From assembly GCA_051294375.1 (NCBI GenBank), contig CM119269.1, positions 2,956,026 to 3,020,025 of the forward strand: a stretch of DNA of 64,000 nucleotides. Direction: 5' to 3'. The translations under genes and the position numbers were made by a program. Of the stretch, positions 29,111 through 39,418 are shown one piece after another. How positions within the stretch are numbered: the first letter of the stretch is position 1; every line of letters starts with the position of its first letter. Under the pieces are notes generated by a model. That model saw only the letters and a program-made list of their open reading frames with translations, made no database searches and had not been told where the DNA came from. The stretch comes from Paraspadella gotoi. Its lineage: Eukaryota > Animalia > Chaetognatha.

Positions 29111-29330
29111 AAAATCCACCAACCGTTCATCAGCGGCCATTGGTGCCGGAGGCAAGTCATTCGCCTCCCAACCCAAAGGTCCGGGGTTCTAGCCCGATGG
29201 TCGTCTGGTAGTTAAGAGGGACGGGGCGCTTAACCCGCCTGTAACTCGGTGTTACAGCCTGATCCGAAGCTCAGGGACTGCTTATATTGAACGGTTCTGT
29301 CACTAACACAACAATTATCATTGTCTCTTC
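29111..29330 (+). mobile_element. tRNA-derived SINE family B, copy 2
   Basis: tRNA-like head: GCGGCCAT (29133) can pair with ATGGTCGT (29197-29204); B-box-like GGTTCTAGCCC at 29185-29195; CGCCTCCCA resembles the tRNA-Gly(CCC) anticodon region. A ~120-bp tail is shared with 4725-4935. Confidence 0.7.
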
Positions 29331-30566
29331 ACTATGAATTTTCAATGTTATACTCAGTATTTTAAGATTAATTTCATTTACGTTCTTTGAAAGTAGCAAA
29401 ACAATACAAATAAAAAAATGTAGCAATAAAAATAATAAATTTCTTAGCCAAAGTGTTAATCGATTAAAATGCTAAACGTCATTCAATCTGCGCTTTATCT
29501 TTTTTGCTTTTTCCATGCTTTATCTCTAAGCGAGTTTTTTGACATGTGTTATCTTACTTTTTGTGAAAGTTTTCAAATTTTTTTTAGACCGAACAAAATT
29601 TTTTTTGAAAGTTAATGGTCTTTAAAGTGAACATTTTTTATAATTTTAGAATTAGCTTTGTTTTCAATTTCAATTTAAAATTTTTGGTTAATCTTTAACT
29701 GATTTATATAAAAAATTAATTTTATTTTGATGTAACAGAAATATAACAAGAAAGATTAGAGGTAAAACAGCGATTATATGTTCTTGATATAGTATAAATG
29801 TTATTCAATTTTTCGCCGAAAATAAAGCCCAAACAAGCCTGTAATTTTTATGTCAATTATACAATCGTCGTATGTAAACAAAATCAAATGCTGATTTTCT
29901 GCTTATAACTCAAACCCAATGAAAGAAGTAATTGTCTATCAAAAAAAAAAATAGAAAATTTAAGTTCTTCCTTGATACATCGGACATTGGACCTTGTGTA
30001 TCATCATAGTGTCTGTTTGACTTTTTTTATTTGCTTCTGCCTTTCTTTTTTTCTTTCTTTCTGTGGAAAATAGAGCTGACTCTTTAAAGATTGGGGTAAT
30101 ATTCTGTTTTACTTTAACTTAAATTTAAATCATAGAATGATCATCGCACATTAGATTAATTTAATTTTGTGCGTACTGTATGGCCAAGAAAGAGACTGTA
30201 TATTGTTAATTGTTTGTTTCAAAGTAAGAAATTATTTGGAACGCCTGTGTGAGAAATTTATTTCCAGCTCAATCGCTTTTTTTCTATTCACTCTTTTTTT
30301 TTATCTTTAATTTCCGTTTTAAATTGTCTTTATCTTTCTCCTGAATAATCAATAATGTCATAAAAATATGAAAAGCTTCTCATATCGTTCTCGTTTATCT
30401 TTATCGTTTTCAAACAAATCCCCCCCCCCACCAGTCGATTGCCATTTGTTTTTATAAGATTTCTTGACTCTTTTTCTTGTTCTTGATAAGATAAAAACAA
30501 CACCCACTAAAGCCGCGCAATAGACAGACGACAATTCTAAATAAGGTCAGAGACGAATCAACCGAA

Positions 30567-30576
30567 NNNNNNNNNN
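30567..30576. other. Assembly gap (10 N)
   Basis: Run of N. Confidence 1.
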
Positions 30577-30605
30577 TTCTCGAAAAACGATCGAAGAACG
30601 ACACA

Positions 30606-33286
30606 ATGAACATCAAGGTCTTGTTCCCGCGAATTCAATTCACAAGGTCCATGTGGACTCTCATTGCCGTCGCCATTTTGCATTTTTTCGCCGCCTTCGC
30701 TCTCTTTTACATCAGCGCCATCGGTGAGAAATTAAATGTGAGGCTTTTTTTTTTTGGTGATTGGGCCTTAATTCAGTCAGACGTGTGTAACTTTTAAAAT
30801 ATGAAGATGTCTCGATCTTTGTCTTTGATCCGATTTCGGTTTTCTATTTAACTAAAAATACATTAACTTTATAACTATATGTTTAAAAGATGGATTCGGT
30901 TTCAGGAATCAACGCCAATCAGCGATACCGATATCTATCTGTCAACCTACACTACTCCATTCCCGCCTACTTGTTGATAATTACTGGTGAGATGATGATG
31001 ATGACGATGATGATGATGACGATGTTGATGATGATCACGATGATGATGATGACGATGATGATGACGATGATGATGATGATGACGATGATGATGAGGATGA
31101 CGATGATGATGATGATGATGATGATGATGACGATGATGATGACGATGATGATGATGACGATGATGATGACGATGATAAATGGAATGTTAAAGAAACCGTA
31201 GAAATAAGATAAAAAAAGAAAACGAAGGAAAGCAAGAATGCGACAGATCGAAATGAATATAATCTTCCCCCCCACCCAAACGCTTTGAAGGCGTCCTCAT
31301 GCTGTTGACGGGCTTGTTGGGGATTCTCTCCATGATGAGAGACTCGTCGATCCTCTTCGCGGTCACCACCATCCTCTACCTCCCGATCCTCCTCCTCCTC
31401 GCCAGCAGCGGGGCTCTGAGTCACTACTACAGACAGGTGAGTTGTGAAACCACCCAGTGAGGCTTTCGGGAAGGTGAGGCGACCCACAATGTTATATTTT
31501 GAAAAAAGGGACTCCAGATTAACGCCCTGCTCCTTCCTCTGTCCGCCTATCTCGTACGCAATGTTATATTTTGAAAAAGGGCATCCAGGTTAACGCCCTG
31601 CCCCTTCCTCTGTCCGCCTAGATCTGGGTGAGAAAACAGTATTACTGAAATTTAAAAGACCGAGTGAGCTAAAGAGAGAAGAGAAGTTAAATTTGAAAAA
31701 GATAACGACAGCGTGAAGTTAAAACGCAGTAGCAAGATCGTAGTTTGTATGATAAGGAGTTCCTGAAATCCTACCACCCCTTCTTTCAACAGGAAATGCC
31801 AGGAAAGTTCCGTACGGCGCTGGAATCCTCCATAACCTTCTATCAACCCGGTGACGTGGAGTCGCCGGTGCTGCCCCCGGGATGGAAACGTCCGTCGACG
31901 TCCGAGTTGAAGCGCATCACCGAGGAGCTCGACTATTTGCAGATCGAGATGCAATGCTGCGGAATCGACGGTTATAGGGATTGGCTCGAGTAAGGGAAAA
32001 GGGTCGGGATTGGAATGGAAGAAGGTAGGGAAAGGGAAGCAACTGATAATCGTTGATTAGAAAATTTTAAAACTTTCGATGCGTCGGATGTTCGGTGACA
32101 TTTAAAAAAACTTTTCCCCTTCAGATCGAACGAATATTTCAAGCAGAAGAACAGGGGACGGAATCCGTGGACGTCAAATGAAAATACGGTGAAAAAAAAT
32201 TTATTAAAAAAAAATTTAACGACTTTTAGTATTCGATCGAATGAAGTCAATTAAACCTTCACCTTCATTGCCACACAATTTTCTCTAAACGATCCTTACC
32301 CCCACCCACGATTAACCCTCAGGGATATTTGCCCGACTCGTGCTGTTGGGGGCGAGAGCAGTGCCAGACGGCGCCAGTGAAAGAACCAGAGAATAAGCAG
32401 GTGCCGTTGGTGCATGAGCCGTTAAAGCGGGAGCTCTTAGAGTCGTTATCTGTGTCGGCGCCGAAGCCTTTGCTGTTATCGTCACTGTCACTCTCTCCGC
32501 CATCGTCAATCACAAACCCTACGGCGTCATTAGAGTCATCGACGATGATCGAGGCGTCCTCGTCAGCGCTAATAGTTGCCACGTCAGATTTAATCTCGAC
32601 GGAGTCAATAGTTGCAACGTCAGTCGTGACGGCGTCGTCATTGCCATCGATAAATGCTACCGCCTCTGATGTGACGCCGTCGTCATTGCCATCGATAAAT
32701 GCCACCGCCTCTGATGTGACGGCGTCGTCATTGCCATCGATAAATGCCACCGCCTCTGATGTGACGCCATCGTCATTGCCATCGATAAATGCCACCGCCT
32801 CTGATGTGACGCCATCGTCATTGCCATCGATAAATGCTACTGCCTCTAACGAGACGGCGTCGTCATTGCCATCGATAAATGCTACCGCCTCTGACGTGAC
32901 GCCGTCATTGTCAATTCTCACGCCGTCGCCGTCGATGTCGCAATCGCCGACAACGACGCGGACAACGACGCGGACAACGACGCCAAAGAAGCCAGAGCCG
33001 ACGACGACGACCAGACCGTCTGCTTCGTCGGTGGAAGCTTTCGTTTTTAGGCGAGGATGTTACGAACCTGTCTCAACGAGGTTCCTCACTTACCTCGCCA
33101 ACATGTGCGCCTTGGTAAGGAGAGAGAGAGAGCTTCCCTTTTATATGAAATAATACGGTCCTGTCCTGCTCCTTTCAGGCGACAACTTATTTCTTCTCCC
33201 TTGGCATCATTCTCCTCGGCGTATCCATCCTAATGTGCAAAAATTTCAAACACAACTTTTATCTGCCGGTCAAATCCAGAGCCTAA
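30606..33286 (+). CDS. Tetraspanin with a mucin-like insertion in EC2, about 501 aa
   Basis: Exons 30606-30723, 30906-30986, 31291-31436, 31793-31989, 32125-32188, 32323-33114, 33179-33286. Four hydrophobic segments; LQIEMQCCGIDGYRDW, LPDSCC and RGC signatures; C-terminal YLPV (YxxPhi) motif. Confidence 0.9.
30991..31176. repeat. (GAT/GAC)n trinucleotide microsatellite in tetraspanin intron 2
   Basis: Starts immediately after the GTGA donor at 30987. Confidence 0.95.
31487..31620. repeat. Two-copy ~72-bp tandem duplication in tetraspanin intron 3
   Basis: CAATGTTATATTTTGAAAAA...TTAACGCCCTGC-CCTTCCTCTGTCCGCCTA occurs twice. Confidence 0.85.
32630..32910 (+). repeat. Coding 45-bp tandem repeat, 6 units of SSLPSINATASDVT(P/A)
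   Basis: TTGCCATCGATAAATGC recurs every 45 bp (e.g. 32641, 32731, 32821 at every second unit). Confidence 0.95.
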
Positions 33287-33927
33287 AACGCATCCCATGA
33301 GAAGACATCAAACTGTCATTTTACTCTTAAAATCGCTCCCTTTTTTTTTTTGTATTATTGTATCCATCACAACCTGGTGAGTTAATGAACATGTCCTACC
33401 TGATCCCTGGAAACAGGAGAATTTTTTTTTTTGGCTTGAGTTGACTTTTTTCAATCCATCCCTGTCGCGAATGCCAAGTCCCAAGTGTATTAGTTTTCCA
33501 GCTCTTCTCGAAACTGTCTCGCCGCGGCCTTCAAACCCGGCTTCGTCTTGTTTGTTCTTCCACTTCTTTTTCAAATTCCCGATGTGTACCCACTACTTAT
33601 TTTTTTCAGACGTTTTTTTTTTTACTGTTTACCGTGAGAGTTCTGTTCTTTTTTTCACGCCGAGAAAAAATTAAGAGGTTTATCTCGAAAAAAAAAAAAT
33701 TTAAAAAATAAATTTTCCGATTCGATTGTGAAATTAAGAATTTTATTTAAAAAAAAAAGTTTTAACCACACACAAAAAAAAGAGTTTCGACTTTTTGAAA
33801 GAACTCTGATCTTTGAATTAAATATTAATAAAGTAAAAAAAACCTTGTCACGAATTTTTGTAAAAAAAACTTCATTTTGATTTTACGAAACAAGAACGAC
33901 AGTAAATCTCTGAAACGGTTGACTGAG

Positions 33928-36251
33928 ATGGATTTATTTTCTGGCGCTGTCCTTCTTTGCTTGACGGCCGCCGCGCTGTCAATGCTGATTTACGAGCCAA
34001 ACATTCCATGGGACGCAGTTGACTACTGGACAATCTGGAGGTTTGAGCGTCTTCGTCGCCTTTTATATTTCACGAAGAAAATAACTGGGAAAAAGATGAT
34101 CCAGCCAGGGGCTTATCCAATACCAGAGGCGCGAGACGATCCAGACCTTGCTGTCACCAGGACGAAGCTTGGCGGCGTTAAAGTCACAGTCTATGATCCA
34201 GTTAGACGAAAAGAGACAGCGATAATGTCAGAGGGAAAGCAGGGAAGATCGCCCGCTTTGCTTTATCTGCATGGCGGAGGTTGGGCCTTGGGTTCGGTCG
34301 ATGCCTACGACGTTAATGTGTAAGTATTAAGAAATTTTGAATTGATTTTTAATTATTATTTAAAATTCTTCAAATCACACATCTTAAAATATTAATTTTT
34401 ATTAATCAATCTTTAAATTCCTTTAATTAATTTATCCAGGCGTTATTTAGCGAAATTACTAGGCAACTTCGTTGTCATTTCTGTTGATTATCGCCTGGCG
34501 CCGAGTCACGTGTACCCAGCGGCCATCGATGACGCCTTCTCGGCCTTCAAACATCTCGTCCAAGAGTCGGAGACGTTTCGTGTTGACAAAGAGAAAATCG
34601 TTGTCGCTGGAGACTCAGCCGGAGGTAATGTGCAGGTGTTTATAGTAGTGTTTGCAATACGTTCTCATTTGATTGATATTATATTTTTATTTACTTTATC
34701 CTTTGCTTATTCTTTCTCTATAATTACTTTTCATTAATTAATTAAATTTCTTATTGATTTATTTCAGCAGTTCCGATAATAAAGATGGCTTAAGAATTTT
34801 TGACGAAAATTTCACAGGCAATTTGGCCGCGGCTCTATGTCTCAAAGTCAGAGATTTGAACAATCTATTGGAAGACAAGAAGAAATTGACTCCACCCAAG
34901 CTTCAGGCGTTAATGTGAGCAGTCATTTTGACAAAATAGAATGATGGTCCTGTTTAGGTATGTCAAATTTTAAAATTAGAGCTATTTCATTTATATTTAG
35001 TATAAATATTTAAATCAATATTTGAAGAAATTTAATGATATTTTTATATCAAAGGCTGTGTAGTTTGTGATTTGCTTTTACTTAGAGTTAAAATAACCAA
35101 ATGACAAATCCACAAAGCAGCTCACTTCTCTCTTTTCAGCTACCCAGCCTTGCAAGCGGTCGACTTTAAAACTCCATCTTACATGTCTCCTGGACCAATA
35201 TTGGATCCAGACATGATGGCGGCCTTTTGGGCCAACTACTTGACAGGAAGCGAGGAAGGCTACGACAAGCTGCTGGACAACCAACATGTCTCTGCTGAGA
35301 TGGTAATTAGAAATATTTTATCAATTTGTATAAAAAAAACTGCTGACTTTTAACGATTTTCAGTATGAACGATACTCCGCCCCATATGTGAACCACAATT
35401 TGATACCGGCCCACTTTAAAGTTTCCACTTATCGTGAAGCCAAAAAATCTGAAAAAAGCTCATTCGACCCAGAATTGGGCATGAAATTTAAAAGAATGAT
35501 TACTGATCCCTACTTTGCGCCGTTGATGGCAGAAAACCTTGGGGATCTGCCACCAGCTTACATCATCGCTGGTCAATACGACGTGCTCAGGTAAAATGAC
35601 TATCATATGCTTACTTCATTTTTTAGTTGCGCCGCTGTAAGTCACTTTTTGGTTGGTCTGTCGGTCGGTCCATCGGTATGTTTATCCGTCGGTCTATCCC
35701 ACTTACGTTAAAAATACATATAATTTGCTTATAGCTGGTTATTCATTTGTTAAGACAGAAAAAAACCTCAAATCAAAGGGACTGCTAGCATCGCCTTCAA
35801 GAATTCCGAAAAACTATAAGGAATGAAAAATGGAATTTTGATGCAGTGCATATCATAAATACACGGACAAAATATTTTTTTTAGTCATGTTATGTCATAT
35901 CATGTGATCAAAGGGAAATACGCGTGAAAATAAAGTCGCGGCGCAACACATTGGAATTACGGTTCTTGTAAAATTGAATATGAAAACAGATTTAATTTAA
36001 TTTAAAATTTTAAATAATTTTTAAATACATAAGACTTTTTTTCTTCTTCACATTTTTAAAAAAAATTTGCCAGGGACGATGCCATCCTTTTTGCAAATAG
36101 ACTGAAAAAATCTGGTGTAGATACTACACTCAATGTGGTGAATGGAGCATGGCATGCTGTCATGTTCATGAACGACTACTTCACAATGCCTACCGGAATC
36201 AAAATGTGGGAGGAGACGGTCGACTTTATACTGTCGAAATGTAAAATGTAA
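33928..36251 (+). CDS. AADAC/NCEH1-like GDXG (HSL family) carboxylesterase, copy 1
   Basis: N-terminal hydrophobic anchor, LYLHGGGW, SVDYRLAP, GDSAGGNLAA, YPALQ, DPYFAPL, YDVLRDD and GAWHA; last exon 36074-36251. Confidence 0.93.
35619..35969 (+). mobile_element. Family D, DINE-1/HINE-like element, copy 3 (most complete)
   Basis: Subterminal inverted repeat GTTGCGCCGC (35626-35635) / GCGGCGCAAC (35938-35947), (GTCG/GTCC)-type microsatellite, T-rich 5' flank, ends in TTCTTGT. Confidence 0.7.
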
Positions 36252-36582
36252 AATGTAAAATGTAAAATTCTCCAAAAACATACAAGATGAACGACTGATG
36301 ATATTTGAAAAACTCAACGTTGATGACCCCTGCGCTGATTCGTGGAAAAATCAAGTAAAAACCACAACCAAGCTTACTCAAGCCCAAATGTTAAAAATAA
36401 TGTTCTCAACAGAAATTTAACTCACTGGAAAATGACTTAAAACAACTCTCACACTAAAAAAAAATTATTTGATATCTATCGACTAAACGGCTTTGATCTC
36501 TGCCAATAATTATTATAGAAAATTAAAACCATAAGTCATTTTGTCTTTTTTTTTAAATTTTTGATTAAGTCGCGGTGCACAG

Positions 36583-36592
36583 NNNNNNNNNN
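36583..36592. other. Assembly gap (10 N)
   Basis: Run of N. Confidence 1.
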
Positions 36593-36665
36593 ACTGTACA
36601 TCGCGTCTTAAATAAACAAGATTTTGTTTCGCCGCCAAAATTGATCAAAACGACAGCCTCCCGCG

Positions 36666-39072
36666 ATGGCCCTCTCTTCCCGCGCCGCTTTTCTCTGTTT
36701 GGCCACAGCGGCGCTGGCGGCGCTGATCTACGAGCCGAACGTTCCCTGGGACGCCGTCGAATACTGGACGATCTGGAAATTCGAGCGTCTACGTCGACTT
36801 CATTGTCTCATGGACGCAATCAGCGGCGAGAAGATCATTCAGCCAGGGACTTATCCGATTCCATCGCGGGCGGCGCCCAATGATCCGGAACTCGCCGTCA
36901 CGCGGACAAAGTTTGACGGCGTCGACGTCCAAGTCTACGATCCGTCGGGGCGAAGAGAGGCGGCGACGGAGGCGAAAGGGAAGAAGGGAAAATCGCCCGC
37001 TCTGCTTTATTTTCACGGCGGAGGATGGTGCTTGGGATCGACGGAGGTGTACGACGCCACCGTGTGAGTTCATCATAAATTTGAATATTTATTATTTACG
37101 TTATGGCAACGGGGAGACGTGTGTGATGCCCGGGGTGTGAGGCATCTGCCGACAGCTGGCGCTCAGGGCTTTGGACCTGCAGTGATCACCCCATGTCATT
37201 GGCGTGTTTATACCGACAACATCACACTTTATCCAGCGTGACGGTTGGTGAATGTGTACTTAGCTGTCCAAGCCAATGGGACGAGCTGAGTTTCACCAAG
37301 CTATACGGGAGGCGAAATTAGGATTCGCCACAACAAATTTATTTATAAAATTATTTCAGAAATTTCCTTCTCTTCAGGCGCCACCTGACCAAATCGCTTG
37401 TCAACTTTCTCGTCGTCTCCGTGGATTATCGCCTGGCGCCGAGTCACGTGTTTCCGGCCGCCGTTGACGACGTCTTCGCCGCCTTCAAACATCTCGTCAC
37501 GGAGGCGGAGGCGTTCGGGGTGGATGAGGAGAAAATCGTCGTTGCCGGAGACTCCGCCGGAGGTGTGGACTGTGGAGGCGATTAAAAAGACATTCATTTA
37601 ATATTGTAATATTTTAAAACTTTTATACTCATGATTTAATTACATACAGGCAATTTGGCGGCGGCCATCAGTCTGAAAATCCGAGACTTCATTAGAACAT
37701 CCAAGGAAGGGGCTAAAATTCCGCCACCAAAGATTCAGATTATGCTGTCAGTAACTTGTGATTGCGACGCAATGGGGCTTGTATATAACATAGTATATAT
37801 ATTCCGTAATACCGAAAAGGTTTTGTTTATTTTATGTTGTGTCATGTAATGAACTTGGTGATAGTGTGGCTTATTTAAATAGTAGATTTAGTGCTTGCCT
37901 TTTTGTTCATCCATCAGCTATCCGGCCTTGCAAGCAGTTGATTTCAAGACGCCGTCCTACACATCTCCGATGCCATTTTTGACGCCATATTGGATGACGG
38001 CCTTTTACGCCACTTATCTCACGGGAAGCGAAGATCACTATGACGAGCTGTTGGAGAATCAGCACGTTTCACCGGAGATGGTGAGAGAAGGTGTCACAGT
38101 GGATGACGTATTAATAAATTAACTATTATTTTTATTACTTTAAATTAAGTACGAAAAATATTCTGCCCGCTACGTGAACCACGACTTGATCCCGTCCGAC
38201 CTCCGAGCGGCGGCCGACTCCACCGCGCTCCAGTCCGTCCGCTCCTACGACCCGGCTCTAGGCGCCAAGTTCGAGCGGATGATAACGGATCCCTACTTCG
38301 CGCCGCTGATGGCCGAAGACTTGACGGATCTTCCGCCAGCCTACATCGTCGCCTGTCAGTACGACGTGCTGAGGTTGGTCAATGGTCAATGGTCAATGAA
38401 CAACAATTGGTTCTTTTGTTTTTGTCGTGATGAAGATTTGAAAACGGCGTTGAGAATAATTTGCTGTTTTCGTAAACCCCCCCCCCAAAAAAAATAAGCT
38501 CAATGATTTCGTGTTAAACTTTGTGATAAGCCTCGATCAGAAAAAATACAAGTAAATTTAGATCTACGTCAAAAGGAGGTATATAATAGTAATCTATAAA
38601 TAAAAGTAATCTAACCTTGTGTTGTATAGATGCTCCCTCTATTTCCAGAAGACAACACTGACTTCCCCTTCCCAAATTGAATTATTAGATAAATAAAACA
38701 TTTTTAAAAAAGAAAGCAATATATGTTTGATTAAATAATATAGATTAAATACTAAATCCTTCATAAAAATATTAAAATATTAAAATAGAAAAATAGAAAA
38801 TAGTGAAACAAGTAATTTGCAAATTTTCTTATATTAGTCATTGTAGTTAAGTAAAAATTTTGTTAAAATTACAAAAAAATGAAAAAAAAACTTTTTTTAG
38901 GGACGACGCCATCCTTTACGCCCACCGGCTGAAAGCGTCCGGCGTCTCCGCGACCCTCAACGTCGTCAAGGGGGCGTGGCACGGCGTCTTATTCAGAGGG
39001 GCGGGATTTCGGATTCCACTCGGGGACGAATTGTGGAAAGAGACGGTCAAGTTTATACGAGAGAGAATTTGA
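36666..39072 (+). CDS. AADAC/NCEH1-like GDXG carboxylesterase, copy 2
   Basis: Same motifs (YFHGGGW, GDSAGG, YDVLRDD, GAWHG) and the same intron positions as copy 1; ends FIRERI* at 39072. Confidence 0.93.
37106..37317 (-). mobile_element. SINE-like repeat family C, copy 1
   Basis: Shares CGGGGAGACG...CTGGCG..AGGG...GGAC...TGTCA-TGGC with 54890-55060; present in intron 1 of esterase copy 2 only. Confidence 0.45.
38616..38823 (+). repeat. Interspersed repeat family E fragment
   Basis: Similar to 9214-9345. Confidence 0.55.
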
Positions 39073-39087
39073 CGAAAAAAACAAACC

Positions 39088-39243
39088 AAATGAACAGCGT
39101 TCAATCGAAACATATCCTCGTTGTCTCGTTTTTACGGACAAATGAACAGCGTTAAAATCGAAACATATCCTCGTTGTCTCGTTTTTACGGACAAATGAAC
39201 AGCGTTAAAATCGAAACATATCCTCGTTGTCTCGTTTTTACGA
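39088..39243. repeat. Three-copy ~52-bp tandem repeat in the esterase 3' UTR
   Basis: AAATGAACAGCGTT(A)AAATCGAAACATATCCTCGTTGTCTCGTTTTTACG occurs three times. Confidence 0.95.
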
Positions 39244-39418
39244 AGAAACTTTTGACTTCATTTGAGATTATTCATTTTTAGTTATAAATACTGATTTTGT
39301 TTTCATTGTTGCTACTCTCAGATTCGAATTACACCGTTAAATCGAATTACACACGTTATGCTTTTAAATACATTTTTTTTTCGCAATCATTCGAATGATA
39401 ATCAAATCAAATATAATT

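Noticed and set aside
29133-29204. Functional tRNA gene
   Set aside because: The anticodon stem pairs poorly, the B box is degenerate, and the flank is shared with a diverged second copy, so a SINE fits better.
30890-31487. Poly-Met, poly-Ile and poly-Ser ORFs
   Set aside because: They come from an intronic (GAT)n repeat of the tetraspanin gene.
32319-32921. Minus-strand ORF with AVAFIDGNDD repeats
   Set aside because: Antisense of the tetraspanin mucin repeat; the plus frame is anchored by conserved cysteines.
36575-36600. CAG...ACTGTA around the N gap as the ends of a collapsed Tc1 element
   Set aside because: Too few bases are visible to support it.
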